Below, one piece after another: positions 36,280 through 50,221 of a DNA stretch of 64,000 nt. Source of the stretch: Octopus vulgaris (Eukaryota); NCBI GenBank assembly GCA_951406725.2, contig OX597828.1, forward strand, positions 29,016,001 to 29,080,000. The letters run 5' to 3'. The notes below the pieces were generated by a model. That model saw nothing but the letters and a program-made list of their open reading frames with translations, ran no database searches and was not told where the DNA came from. How positions within the stretch are numbered: the stretch's first letter is position 1; each line of letters opens with the position of its first letter. A program made the position numbers and the translations under genes.

Positions 36280-37423
36280 AATTCATGCAATATTGAAGTT
36301 TACAGCATCATCAAAATGTCCATCAGATTGTCCTGCTTCAGTATTTTCAATACTGTATTAGTTTACATAAGCTTGTATGTAAACATTGCCCAAGCACACC
36401 CAATTTTACATACGTTACGGACACATACATTTCATACGTCATATATACAATGCTTACATGTCATATACAAAAACAAAACATCCTCACACAAGCGTTTGTG
36501 AACATATGACCAAAAAGTGAAGAGTCTTTCGGAACATAAGTAAGACAAAAAAAAAAGAAAAAAAAAACGCCTGACACCATTTCGAATCGGTGGTCTTGCG
36601 TCTTCACAGTAAGTCTTGTGTTTAAAGACAAGAAGGACGTGTGTGATGTCGATGTATATTTTGACCTAGAAATGCTTCCAGGTTTGCATTTGTCCGCTTG
36701 TCTGATTCTCTCTCTCTCTACTCTCCTCTTTCTCCCCACCCCACCCCCGTTCTCCCTTTTAACAACGGACCCCTATGCGAACATATCGGCTGGGTTAAAG
36801 CATGAAGCGTCTTATCAGAGTTTATCAAGAACATTTAAAAGTTAATTCTTTAAAACTGATGTGTCATAATTTTAAGATGAATCGAGTTATTATACGACTC
36901 TAACCTGTATTAAGATGAACTTTTGACTTCAAATAAAAATTATCCAAAATTATTAAAGAAAGAAAACAAACCCAACGAAAATATATAAAAGAAGCGGGAG
37001 GAAAAATTGCTAAATTCAACAACTTTTTCAACAATAAGTTTATACTTTTTCGAACTTCCTCACCTCGGGAATTGAATAAAACCGTTTTCTACAATAGTAA
37101 AATGGGTCCTGCATATTTGTGACATAATAAACCAAGAAATTTCAGTTTATTAATATTGCAACGTTTATTTTTCTGCATGGCTAGTTTTAATAAAAGAAAA
37201 ACAGGCGAGTGACAACTATGAAATTTTAAATTAATGAACCTGATGTCTATGGTGACAACTTCGGACATGTCGGGACCAACATGGATTTCGTCATCAAAGC
37301 AAAACAAACAAACAAACAAAAATTGAGTAAAGCTTGAAGCAGAGATATGAAAAAATTACTGAAAGGGCACAAAATGAAACCTCGTCAGTTGTACTGGAAC
37401 CACACTTTTCCCCACATATTTAA

Positions 37424-37492
<69 letters not shown>

Positions 37493-37617
37493 GACTGTCT
37501 GTGTATGTATGCATGTATGTACGTATACCAAGATAGGTAGATAAAACACGTGGATATCAGGAAGATTTTGAGAGAGGGTAAGCAAATATATATATATATA
37601 TATATCTGTGTGTGTAC

Positions 37618-37657
<40 letters not shown>

Positions 37658-37661
<4 letters not shown>

Positions 37662-37982
37662 GCGCGTGGCTTAGTGGTTAGGGCATTCGGCTCATGATCG
37701 TAAAGGTTGTGATTTCGATTCCCGGCGACGCGTTGTGTCCTTGAGCAAGACACTTTATTTCACGTTGCTCCAGTCCACTCAGCTGGCAAAAATGAGTAGT
37801 ACCTGTATTTCAAAAGGGCTAGCCTTGTCACACTCTGTGTCATAATGAATCTCCTTGCGAATTACGTTAATGGTACACGTGTCTGTGGTGTGCTCAGCCA
37901 CTTGCACGATAATTTCACGAGCAAGCTGTTCCGTTGATCGTATCAGCTGGGACCCTCGTCGTCGTAACCGACTGAGTGCTCC
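37658..37982 (+). mobile_element. Full-length tRNA-derived SINE, family C
   Basis: GGCGCGTGGCTTAGTGGTTAGGG..TTCGATTCCCGG head, GTGTCCTTGAGCAAGACACTTTA central domain; tail shared with 8374-8735. Confidence 0.8.
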
Positions 37983-37996
37983 TATATATAGAGAGA

Positions 37997-38044
<48 letters not shown>

Positions 38045-38405
38045 TCTACAGTATATACAGCTATGAATAATAGCGTGTAGAATATTGAGTTAAAAAGCCC
38101 TCGGATGAAAAAGAAGCCGAAGGCAGCCGGTAGGACCACGTCCGTGGATCTAATATAGAAAAAAAAACGGAGGAAAATTGGTCATAATATGCGCCAGAGT
38201 AACCGAATTTGCGGATTTATTTTATCAGTTTCTAAACACAAAATGATGAACATATACAGGGTGTTCATAAATTATCTTCACAACTTTACATAAAAGCGTT
38301 CTGTTATTTCTAATAAAAATTTGTTTGTTTGCTTATGTTTTCCAACCACTAGCGTCACACTTGAAACTCAAGAGTACCAACGAATTTGAACCAAACTGCT
38401 TTGAT

Positions 38406-38473
<68 letters not shown>

Positions 38474-38638
38474 CAGTCTCGAGTGTAACCGGCCAAAACT
38501 GCAGCAACGATCAGGAACTCGACTGAAGATAGAAAGCTCCGAATGACCCGTCTTGTTTTTTTCCTTTGCTTTTTTATATCGTCTAACTCTCCGGATGTTT
38601 TATTGTTGTCTGTTACGTTCTTATTCCATTTTTTGTTT

Positions 38639-38684
<46 letters not shown>

Positions 38685-40254
38685 ACATGAATATACATAT
38701 GCGCGCACGCACACACACACATATAAAACATATCATTTTTTCTACTAATTTTCACCCACAAAGTATTTGTCTACAAAAAGGTTACAAAAGAAGATACTTG
38801 ACCGAACGACCAAGCAGTGCATTTGAACCCGGAACCGCACAGTTGCGGAGCAAACTTCTTTACAATACAGTTATACCTGCGTCAGCTCAATCGCAACCTA
38901 AAATATCGACAACGGCCTTCGTAGATTCGCCAAACTGGAAGTTTACCTCTATCGTTATGTTACATATAGCGCAGATGTTTACATAATTAGATGTGTATGT
39001 AGCATGTGCCTACATCCACCCGAGAATAAATAAAATCTAAGAATATGTAATATAATAGTCAAGAATGTGAATGTCAATTCATAGCCAACACAAATATATT
39101 TGTGTGTGTAAGTTGGTGCAAGAATGTGTGAATATCTCAGTACGATTATGAGCATGTCTGTGTGTGTGAGAGAGAGCTGGAGATTTCTCATGCATTATGT
39201 AAGAATCTATTTATATATATTTATGTGTGTATATACAGCTATGTGTATGATGTGTGTATATATAGGCGTCCGTGTGTTTATGTATGTATACGTTCATATA
39301 GAACTATTTTTACCCAGATATAATTTACATATGCACATATGTGTGCATATATATGTGTATATACGCAAATATATATGTATGCATATAGACAGATATGCAT
39401 GTATGTAGATCTATGCATCCAAGCCCGTTTCAGGTTTGATAGACAAACCTGAAACGCATTCGTATATAGTCGTAAAGATAGTCATGCAATGAGCAAACAC
39501 CCATAGTTATGGTATTATAATCTTCAAATTATAAGACGAATAATGTAGTGCATGAAGTAAGTTGCAGACAATGGTTATCCAACAATGAGGTTCCAATCCC
39601 TGGTAGCGATATTTCGATTCTCAATTGATACAATTTCATTTTCCTTACGTCACTCATGTCCTTAAAAAAGTTATAAACGACATAAGTTTCATTTAATTTT
39701 TTTCGTATCTGAACTTGATTGCTTTAAGGGCAAAACTAAACTCTTGGAATGGATTAGAACTCTCAAGCAGCCTGGTACCTTATCCTTTCTACCGTCTCAG
39801 TCCTATGCAAGATTAAGTGGCCGAGGGATCATCCCCTTCTCCTGGACATGACGCTAGTCTCCCACAAATATTTTTATGTGACTTGCAATTAAATCTCTGG
39901 ATAAATAGAGGGAATGTTAAACACAATGTCTCGAATAAGGCAAAAACGAAAGAACGGCTATCGGAGTAGAACAATCCATAAACATACCACCTTGAAGTAA
40001 TTCTGACGTCTAAAGTGATTCACTGCTGTGCCTAAACCATATATTTTCATTCGAACGATCCCCTTCGATCTACAATTGATGTTGATTGCCAGTAGCGAAG
40101 TACACTCTGCCGTAAGCAATCGGTGTTTCAGTGAGAGTAGAACTTCCTCCCACCAGACTCAAAGACCCTTAAAAAAGGCGTTATAAGTGTGTTCCTTCCC
40201 TCCCTGAATAAACGATAAAAGAACGAACATTGACGTCGGTCCCACAGATTATAA

Positions 40255-40445
40255 CTTTCCTTCCTCAAACCCTTTGCTCCCACTGGAGCACAGACCATCA
40301 ACGACTCTTCTCCACTGATTTTCTCTTCTGCTTCTCTCCAGTTGGATCCCTGTGGTTTCAGCTCTCCTTCAATATTCTTTAGGATTTTGCTGTTCCGAGG
40401 GAAAGCCTTCTTTCTCAGGCCGTGTTGGTTTGGAATTATCACTAC
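40255..40445 (-). mobile_element. Degenerate RTE-clade LINE 3' end
   Basis: ..KKAFPRNS..IEGELKPQGSNWREAE../..QWRRVVDGLCSSG, resembling RTE C-termini. Confidence 0.55.
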
Positions 40446-41169
40446 TTCAATAACTTAACTTTTCTACGAAACACTCCCTTTTTTCCCATTGGGAAGAGGT
40501 GGACCACAGTCTGGCCTTTATCCTTTGACCTGTCCAGCATGGGACACCCTCCTAGGAGATTGATGCCAAACGGGGAGGCAGGGCGAGCTGGCAGAAACGT
40601 TAGCACGCCGGGCGAAATACTTAGCGGTATTTCGTCTGTCGTTATGTTCCGAGTTCAAATTCCGCCGAGGTCGACTTTGCCTTTCATCCTTTCGGGGTCG
40701 ATAAATAAAGTACCAGTTTCGCACTGGGGTTGATGTAATCGATTTAATCCCTTTGTCTGTCCTTGTTTGTCCCCTCTATGTTTAGCCCCTTGTGGGTAGT
40801 AAAGAAATATATTTTATCAACTACACAGGAATGACTGGCAAAGTTAACACCAGAAAGAGTTGAACTTAAAACCGTAGGCAAAACTAAATACAACAATGGC
40901 ATTTTACCATTTCTGCCAAAAAAAAACCCCACATAAGTAACTTAAATCTAAACTGCAATTGTTATTTATTTTAATTAATGTTTATTTTTAATTTTTGTTT
41001 TATTTATTTATACTACAAATATCGAATGGGAAAACAGTTTCATTTGAAATTTCCCTCCCTGTCTGAAACTGATAATGTTAAATACATTTGTGATATTTCA
41101 GTTCTGCCTATCAGTGCTGAAAGAGAGGTCGATAGAGTTGATAAAGTAAATATACAGAGGTTAATTCTC

Positions 41170-41200
<31 letters not shown>

Positions 41201-42763
41201 TTTTACATGAAGAACATTTGAAGCTGTCTGTGAAATTATAAACCACACAGAAAAAGATACATCATAGCAGAGCCGTAAGCACACCATCGTTTATTCTATA
41301 GTAAATAAATTTTTAAGACATCTGCAATCTGTCTGGCAAAGTTCCTGCCTCCACATGGTGCTAGCAGCCAGAAGAAAAGAGTAACATTTTGGTTTTTTTT
41401 AATTACTTATTCTATGGAAAGAACAACTCTAGCAGCTAAAATACGATCGTGGGGTGGAAAAAAGTTTTGCAGTATTAGAAAAATACTGTCGTATTGAAAC
41501 TTGAGATGATCGGCGTTGACCTTGAAAAGTGAAAACATATTATCTTGAAGATCAAGTTAACATTCTCTGTCTAAGCTGTGTAGTAGTTTATTGTAGTGTT
41601 TCAAATGCGTGAGAGTGTTAAGTTGGGGAAACTTCGATTAATTGAGATGTTATCTTTCATCTTTTATGTTTCAGTTAATGGACTGCGGCCATGCTTGAGC
41701 ATCGCCATGAAAAAAAATCGAGCTAATTGCACTCAGTACTTATTTTTAAGTACTAGGGAATTTTTCTATCAGTCTCTTTGACCGGACTGCTAAGTTACGG
41801 AGATGTAAACGAAACAACACTAGTTGACACACAGTGGGTTGTAAACACAAACACACACACATATACATACATATATATGTGTGTGTGCTTGCGTGTATGC
41901 GTGTGTTATGTTGGACGTGTGTGTGTGTGTGTATACACGACAGACTTCCACACACTTTCCGTCAACTAAATTCCTTCACAAGGCGTTGCTCAGTCCGGGG
42001 GCTATAATAGAAGTCACTTGATTGTGCAATGGAACTGAGACTGTATATGTTCTAAGGTGGAGTGGCGGGGGATATTCAAAATCTAAAAACCATCTGCAAG
42101 GGAGTTAACTCTAATAGTATCAACTACTGACATCCTTTTTTTACAAACGAAAATAACGCAGGCAGGAATTTATGTTGTCTTTAAAGCCAACTGGTGTCTA
42201 TTGTCTATAAAACAATAGACACCAGTATAAAATATGATAAACAAGGCTCCCTTCCCAATTTGAATTTGCAATATTAGGGTCAATCCTAAGGTGGCGAGCC
42301 CGCAGAATCGTTAGCACGCTGGGCAAAGTGCTTAGCAGCATTTCGTCCGTTTTCACGTTCTGAGTTTAAATTCTGCTGAAGTAGAATTTGCCTTTCATCC
42401 TGTCGGAGTCGATAAAATAAAATAGGATTTGAGTGCTTGCGTTGAGTAAACTCACTCAATCTTTCCCCCGAACTTCCTGGTTTTCTGTCAAAATTTAAAG
42501 CCAGAATTAGAGTCAAGCATGAAGGCAATATTTAGGCAGAATCGCTTGACAAAAATGCCTTGTGGTTTTAGTTATGGTCCTTTCCGTCCAGTGTTCAAAC
42601 TCCACCGGCGTCAACCTCGACGTTTATATTTTCGAGGTCGATTAAATAAGTACTGGTCATGTAATTTGGAATATATTATACCTTATGTACTCGAGCCAGA
42701 AGCTTTCATATTTTCGTTAAACGATAAGTAACTTTCAGATACTTTCTCGTTGAATATGCGTGT

Positions 42764-42861
<98 letters not shown>

Positions 42862-42957
42862 GTGTACACAACTGGCGACTTCATTAGGCAATAAGTAACT
42901 TTCAGATAATTTTTCGTTGAATATGCGTGTGTAGATAGATAGACAGACAGACAGACT

Positions 42958-43001
<44 letters not shown>

Positions 43002-43015
43002 TGTAGATAGATATG

Positions 43016-43072
<57 letters not shown>

Positions 43073-43073
<1 letters not shown>

Positions 43074-43979
43074 TGTTTCTTTATTAGCCACACAGGGCTG
43101 CACACAGATAGAACAAATTACAAGGTAGAGCTTTTCTTTTGAAGGTTTAAAAAAAAAAAAAAGGAAGGGGGAGTTTCGATCAAAAGGGATCGTAAAAGGA
43201 GAGAAAGAGGACAAAAATAAGGGGGTTAAAAAAAGGGGGAGAGGAAAAAAAAAAAAAAATTTGATCAATAGGGATCGTTATCACAGAAATGTCAATATGA
43301 AGTGTAAAGGGGAGGACAGGTGAGGTTTACCCGTGGAAAGAAAAGCCTACGGAAAAGACCACGGTAACCTCGGTCAATGGGGTCACATGTTATATTTCTT
43401 TTTTTTTTTTTTGCAATAAGCAACTCTCTGTTTTCAATTTCTGGGTTCATAGGATCATGCTCAAGGTGGCTTCGTCATTCATACGTGCCATTCTTGCTAC
43501 ATTCACCCATCTTTTTTTAAAACATTCGCTAGACAAAACTTGCCTCTCTACTCTCACTTTCCTTTTCAAGTGGTACTTGAAGAAGTTGATGAGAGATTGA
43601 CCAGAGAGGAAAGTGTTTGTCTCCAATCCTTTCAGACGCGTCCACCAGATACATTCTTTCGCCATAGCCACAAGGATGATGAAAATAGCTCTTCCTTCCC
43701 GTTTGAAGGAGGGAGGCGTGACAATATTAACGATAGACTCAGCTGATAAACCGACTCGTCCCACACGTGACAGCAGTTGTTCGACACAAGCCCACAGGTC
43801 GGAAATTGTTGGACACTGCACGAGTGCGTGCAGAACGGTTTCGTCGCTCTGACCGCATCTCGGGCAGGTCGGCCCCGTGTTTCTCGAGCCGTGTCTGTAG
43901 AGCTTATCCCGACCGGGTAGCGCTTCTCGGTAGCACTGCCAGGCCAGGGATTGCTACTGAGAAGCGCTACCCGTTCGGG

Positions 43980-43980
<1 letters not shown>
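43073..43980 (-). mobile_element. 5'-truncated L1/Tx1-clade LINE inserted in (GATA)n
   Basis: Open frame SLAWQCYREALPGRDKLYRHG..CPRCGQSDETVLHALVQCP..AKECIWWTR..(stop 43447), 3' UTR, AATAAA, then (ATCT)n. Confidence 0.88.
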
Positions 43981-44068
<88 letters not shown>

Positions 44069-44268
44069 TGGTCCATAGATAGATAGATGTGTACAAAACT
44101 GGCGACTTCATTAGACAATAAGTGTATAGAATAGAAAAGTTGCGTGGTGTGGGTTAAAGAACAAAGTTATGCTCAAGTCTGCTTTTTCCGGAAAGCCGAT
44201 ACAAATAAGTAATTGTAAAAACGTGTTGTTAGAGAATTCAGTCGACAAGAGTGCCTAACCTACGCACG

Positions 44269-44322
<54 letters not shown>

Positions 44323-45073
44323 CATTTCTACATTGGGAGGATGAATCACGGAAGAACAGTTAGGTTGTTATCTCAAATGATATCCTCCTTGTACCTCATC
44401 TGACCGACAACCTAACCTTTATAACAAACGATAAACAGAAACACACGAAATATAATAGCTATTCTATTTTATTAACGAATCAATAATCGTTTTTTAAAAC
44501 AGAAGTATGCTGGCAGAAAAGATAGGAGGCTGGGTAAAATATCTTATAGTATTACGGTGAAACAGAACGATCTGCGGAAACTAGTGACGGTATTTGTCAG
44601 CAATTGGTAAATACATACAGTTTAAAGGTGAAATAAATTGGCTTGCCAGGGGGAAGATAACAATAGCGTTTGGCAAAGAGATTATCATTGTGTGCCTTGC
44701 CCAAAACATCACAAGTTTTCTCTTCCTCATTGCAAACTAACGTATTGCACATTGTGAACTTTTTACATTTTACTATTTAGTAACATCCCCTCAATGTTCT
44801 GGGTTGAAATCCTTCGTAAAGCATATTTTCTTGCTAATCTCCCTTGATTCGATAAGATACGTACCGGTTATATACTAGGGTCACGTCAGTCGACCTATAG
44901 AAGATACTTTCTCCTTACAAATATGGAGGTATAAGATATTTTAGGCACAACCGTTTGGCGCCGCCTATTTGGTGAGAGATTTAGAAATAAATTACTTCTA
45001 TTTTCAAAAATCAGTGAATGTATTTCACTTGAAACATGTTTTTTCAAAGGCGGATAGGCACCGACCGCTAACT

Positions 45074-45135
45074 AGCCATGCTACTCCAGACTGATGACGA
45101 GCAATGACTCTGAAACTAGTCTCTGGTTGCTGGCT
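45074..45135 (+). ncRNA. Candidate minimal type-I hammerhead ribozyme
   Basis: AGCCA-tgctact-CCAGA CTGATGA c GAG caatga CTC t GAAA CTAG TC| TCTGG-ttgc-TGGCT: intact core, GUC site, palindromic stem III, stem I with internal loop; C-U mismatch at the base of stem II. Confidence 0.65.
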
Positions 45136-45736
45136 TTGCTGGGTGGAGGTGATTGTCTCCACTTTGAAAACATAAGGACACAGGAAATGTGTCAAGTGCA
45201 ACAGGAAACGGTGTTTCCTAGGGCTAAATACGAGTTTAGATTTGTTCTCATATTGGAAATTAATTTATGAAAGACGTTACGTATAATTGTTGGTTTCATA
45301 TAACCACAGATTTAGCACAGATACAACATTATTTTAGCAGAATCTTTGGTTCCACAGCCTTTCCTGATTTTGCTGAACCAGGATTGGTCACCTTGGTCAA
45401 CACGCTCTAAATCAAACAAATATCGAATTTACTTTAATAATTAAGAGAAATATGGATACCCGTATATTAGTATATATGATACCTGTTTGCTGATACTGTG
45501 CGGTGCGAAATACTAGTTTGTACACGGTAGCGGTAAACTAGTCTAGTGATTGTGATGATGTGAAGTTTTTGTTCGTAAATTAGTGCGGATTATAAGAGGT
45601 CTCGGATCAACAGTGTCTGGAAAGTTGGTGTTCTAGCTGTAATGTCGTGGAAGAGATAATACGGAAGCGATTCTGCCTATGACCTTTCCAAGAACTCCGC
45701 TCCAACTCTGGTGGAAGTAATATGGTTTATGTTGGA

Positions 45737-46139
45737 GGGTGGCGAGCTGAAAGAAACGTTAGCACGCCGAGCGAAATGCTTTGCGGTATTTCGTCTGTTT
45801 TTACGCTCTGAGTTCAAATTCCGCCGAGGTCGACTTTGCCTTTCCTTCTTTCGGGGTCGATAAATCAAGTACCAGTTACGCACTGGGGTCGATATAATCG
45901 ACTTAATCCGTTTGTCTGTCCTTGTTTGTCCTCTCTGTGTTTAGCCCCTTGTGGGTAGTAAAGAAATAAGTATTTTCGTCTGCCGTTACGTTCTGAGTTC
46001 AAATTCCGCCGAGGTCGACTTTGCCTTTCATCCTTTCGGGGTCGATAAATTAAGCACCAGTTGCGTACTGGAGTCGATCTAATCGACTGGCCCCACCTCC
46101 CTAAAAACTTCGGGCTTTGGGTCTAGAGTAGAAAAGAAC
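45737..46139 (+). mobile_element. SINE family A dimer
   Basis: Junction gaaataag|tattttcgtc at ~45970. Confidence 0.85.
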
Positions 46140-46189
46140 ATAGTTTATGTTGTGTATCTCGACGGCTACGAAAAAACAAACAAAATAAA

Positions 46190-46490
46190 AGCAGGTGGAA
46201 GTTTTGAGGATTACAGCTTTTAGAAGAAATGATGAGAAAAGAGTGGTTGCTGAGGCCTATTGGGTGTGAGACGGTAGGGTTAAGGGGGTGGGGAAGAAGA
46301 AATGGGATGTGTGCTTTTGATTGAACATGAGTAATGATCATATGAAAACGTAAACCATTGTAGTTGTGATGGAATAGAAAGAATGAGGTGACAAAGTGCC
46401 TGTAAGTCAAAGGTTGGCATCTGCATTTTGAGCGACGCTCTGCCAATTAGTCTGGCATCCTGCTGTTTGTGATGCGGTCTGGAAAGTTTA
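46190..46490 (-). mobile_element. Highly degenerate CR1/Jockey-like LINE 3' fragment
   Basis: QPLTYRHFVTSFFLFHHNYNGL resembles the L..RR....L..FY.Y.NG motif; frameshifted. Confidence 0.4.
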
Positions 46491-47091
46491 TGTCCTTGTG
46501 GTAATTTACCAAGGTAATATGTAAGTGGTTATAACAGAACTGAACTAACGTAAACTGAGAATTGGAACCACGCCGAGCTTTGCGTGTTTCCAGTTCTCTT
46601 CATTTGCCAAAAATTTTACGATTGTGTGGTTAAGAAGCTTGCTTTACAGTCAAGTAGTTCCAGGTTCGGTTCTACTTCGTGACACTTTGGAATCTTGGGC
46701 AAATGACTTCAGCTGTAGCTCCAGAACGGCCAATGCCTTGAGAGTGAATTTGGTGGACGGAAACTGTGTGGAAGCCAATCTTTTTTTTATCTGTATGTGT
46801 GTGTGTGTACGCATGTGTGTGCGTATGTGTGCGCGTGTGCGAGTGTCTTTGTGTCCGTGTTTGTCGCTCCAGTTTTGCTTAGTTTATATTGGCGTAACTT
46901 AGCGTTTCAGGGGTGCGGTGGGGGAAAACCGATAAAATAAGAACCAGATTCCAGAATAAGTACCAGAGTCAATTTGTTCGGCTTAGAACTCTTCAATAGG
47001 CTGCTTCGGTATATATGTGTGTGTGTGTGCGTGTATATATATATGTGTGTGTGTATATGTATATATATGTGTGTGTATATATGTATATATA

Positions 47092-47145
<54 letters not shown>

Positions 47146-47293
47146 TATATATATATATATATATATCGAGAGAACAACGAAAGAAACAAATGGAAATTAA
47201 GACAAGTAACATAAAGAACGACCTTTTCATCAGTTTTCGGCCGTTTATCTTCTCCATATTTCGAGCAATTACGACAAGATGTGTCTTCGAGAA

Positions 47294-47331
<38 letters not shown>

Positions 47332-47491
47332 AATAAAATCAAGGACCGAAATTTGTATACGGCAGCATGACATGTTTATTTTGGTTGTATTAGTTTACCA
47401 ACAGTAGCACATTTCTCCTTATATCCGGGTTTTCCTGTTTCATACACAATTTTTCAACGTCATTTAAAGGTTCATATTCGTGCATGGGCAA

Positions 47492-47575
<84 letters not shown>

Positions 47576-47970
47576 AGAAACAGAAAGAAAGACTGTCATC
47601 TACATCTAAACATTGACCCTACTTATCTTGTAAATATTTCAAAAAATAAAGAGCCAGATTAGCCGATAGACATCGACAAGAGTAACAAAAATATCTGGTT
47701 GTACCATATTTCCTACTTCGCTGTCGTGGTAGAAGTTAAGAAAGGAAAGCAAAAATAAGATACATTTTAACTACCGAAAGGAACAAACAAATAAGTCTCT
47801 ATACAGTGACAAAAAATATATACAAAGAAATAAAACAATAAAATAAAACAAGACTTGCTTCTACACTTGTCTCTTAGATTTTCGTTTTGTTTTTTTACGA
47901 TACCACTCAGCAAACCGTACATAAGAACCTTGTTATTGTTCTAAATTGTATCTATATATGTGTATATATG

Positions 47971-48060
<90 letters not shown>

Positions 48061-48090
48061 CATACATACATACATACATACATACATACA

Positions 48091-48126
<36 letters not shown>

Positions 48127-49406
48127 TATATATATGATTTTGATTTTGATTTTTCCAGTTTCAGCTAATGAGCTGTGGCCATGCTGGGGCACCGCCATAT
48201 ATATATATTCTTTTATTCTTTTATTCTTTTATTTGTTTCAGTCATTTGACTGCAGCCATGCTGGAGCACTGCCTTTGTCAAACAAATCGAACACAGGACT
48301 TATTCTATCGGTTCTCTCTTGCCGAAGCGCTAAGTTACGGGGATGTAAACACACCATCATCGGTTGTCAAGCGATGGTGGGAAAGGAACACAGACACACA
48401 CACACACGCACACACATATATACGACGGGCTTCTCAGTTTCCGTCTACCAAATCCACTCACAAGGCTTTGGTCGGCCCGAGGCTATTGCAGAGGACACTT
48501 GCCCAAGGTGCCACGCAGTGGTACTGAACCCGGAACCATGTGGTTGGTATGCAAGATATTTACCGCACAGCCACTCCTCTCTATATATATATTCTTCAAT
48601 ACATTGCCTCTCGGACTGTATCAACCAATTTGCACCCCACCTCATTTTTACCTCAGTAGTATACTTAAGACTATATTTTACAATGTGCTATTATTTCTTT
48701 CAAATACTAGGGTGAGATTCGAGAGATTTGGCTGTTATTTCTAGCTGGTCGTGCAACCAAGTCCCGTAATTATCTCGAAGATTGCATAGTTTTTGTTATG
48801 CCCTGACCTGGTGTTCCCTTGACCAACAAGGAAAATACATTCCATCTAATTCCATCTCATTTCTGTCTTTTTCTTTTTTTTTTTAAGCATCGTCTTTCCC
48901 CGACTGCTTTGTCTGACGTGACCTTTTCTAAGACTGATGTTTTTGAGGTAGATTTGGCTATTATTTTCAGCAGGTCCAACGAACTCGTAGGGGTTCCTTC
49001 GTTTGTTCATTGATGAAGTTGTTATAAGGAAGATGGTGTGATTGTATAAATAGTCTTTATAATCTACAACAACCGTTTATGGAGAAATTCTTCACAATAA
49101 CCATTCCTTTCCGACTCTCAGCATAGAGAGAATAAGATATAATGTAAAAGAAACAGGTAAAAGAAAAATAAATTCTTAGGGAATATTTTAAGGGTCTTCT
49201 CTTACCTGCTTGAATGTTATCTCAGAGACAGACATAACATAAAAGGTAAGGAGAATGAAATATAAGGAAAAACCAGGGAACTAGGGTGAAATAAGAGACG
49301 TGTGTAACCACACACACACACACACACACACACACCCTGTTGGTGGTTAAAAGGGAGGAAGCAGGATATATATATATATATATATATGCATGTATATATA
49401 TATATA

Positions 49407-49449
<43 letters not shown>

Positions 49450-49555
49450 GATGGCGGGTAAGTAGATAGGTAGGTATGTATGTGGGAGTAAATGTCTGTG
49501 TTCTCAGGGTGTGTATGTTGTTCTATGATTGTGCCTATTTACTCCTGCCTACGTA

Positions 49556-49632
<77 letters not shown>

Positions 49633-49756
49633 AAGAGAGAAGCAGAGAGCAGGAAGACGAGCTGGAATAAAAATGCTTAGCTTAAAAATAGATTAATCTA
49701 GTAAGAAACAAAACAATTTTGCAGCATGAGGCGATGGATAGCACACACATAGACAT

Positions 49757-49791
<35 letters not shown>

Positions 49792-50179
49792 CAGGCGCAC
49801 ACATACACATACGTACAGTTACATACGCACTTGCATAGACACAGACACACGCTCGCCCACACAGACACACACTTCCACACATTCGCAGTGCCTCAGAGAA
49901 TGGTTTGAGCCCGGGCTGCAAGTCTGCGGTAATATGTAAACACTTGCCGAGGTGTCAACAGATTCCGGGGACAACGAATCCCCTACATCCGGGTCTCGTA
50001 GACTTTGGTCACAGCATGGTTGTGTAGTTAAGGAGCTTGCTTTCCAACCATGTGGTCTCAGGTTCACTTCCACTACGTGCTACTTTGAACAAGTGTTTTT
50101 TTTTTTTTTTTTACTAAAACACCGGACCAACCAACTCCTTGTGGGTGAATTTGGTAAACGGAACGTGTGTGAAAGCCCG

Positions 50180-50221
<42 letters not shown>

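Noticed and set aside
37235-37268. Minus-strand MSEVVTIDIR as the PDZ N-terminal exon
   Set aside because: Weak donor (gttcat) and no exon encoding PWGF..GG found to connect it.
38060-38150. Hydrophobic minus-strand peptide STDVVLPAAFGFFFIRGLFNSIFYTLLFIA after a good acceptor
   Set aside because: No credible donor; runs into (TA)n and is more likely a repeat fragment.
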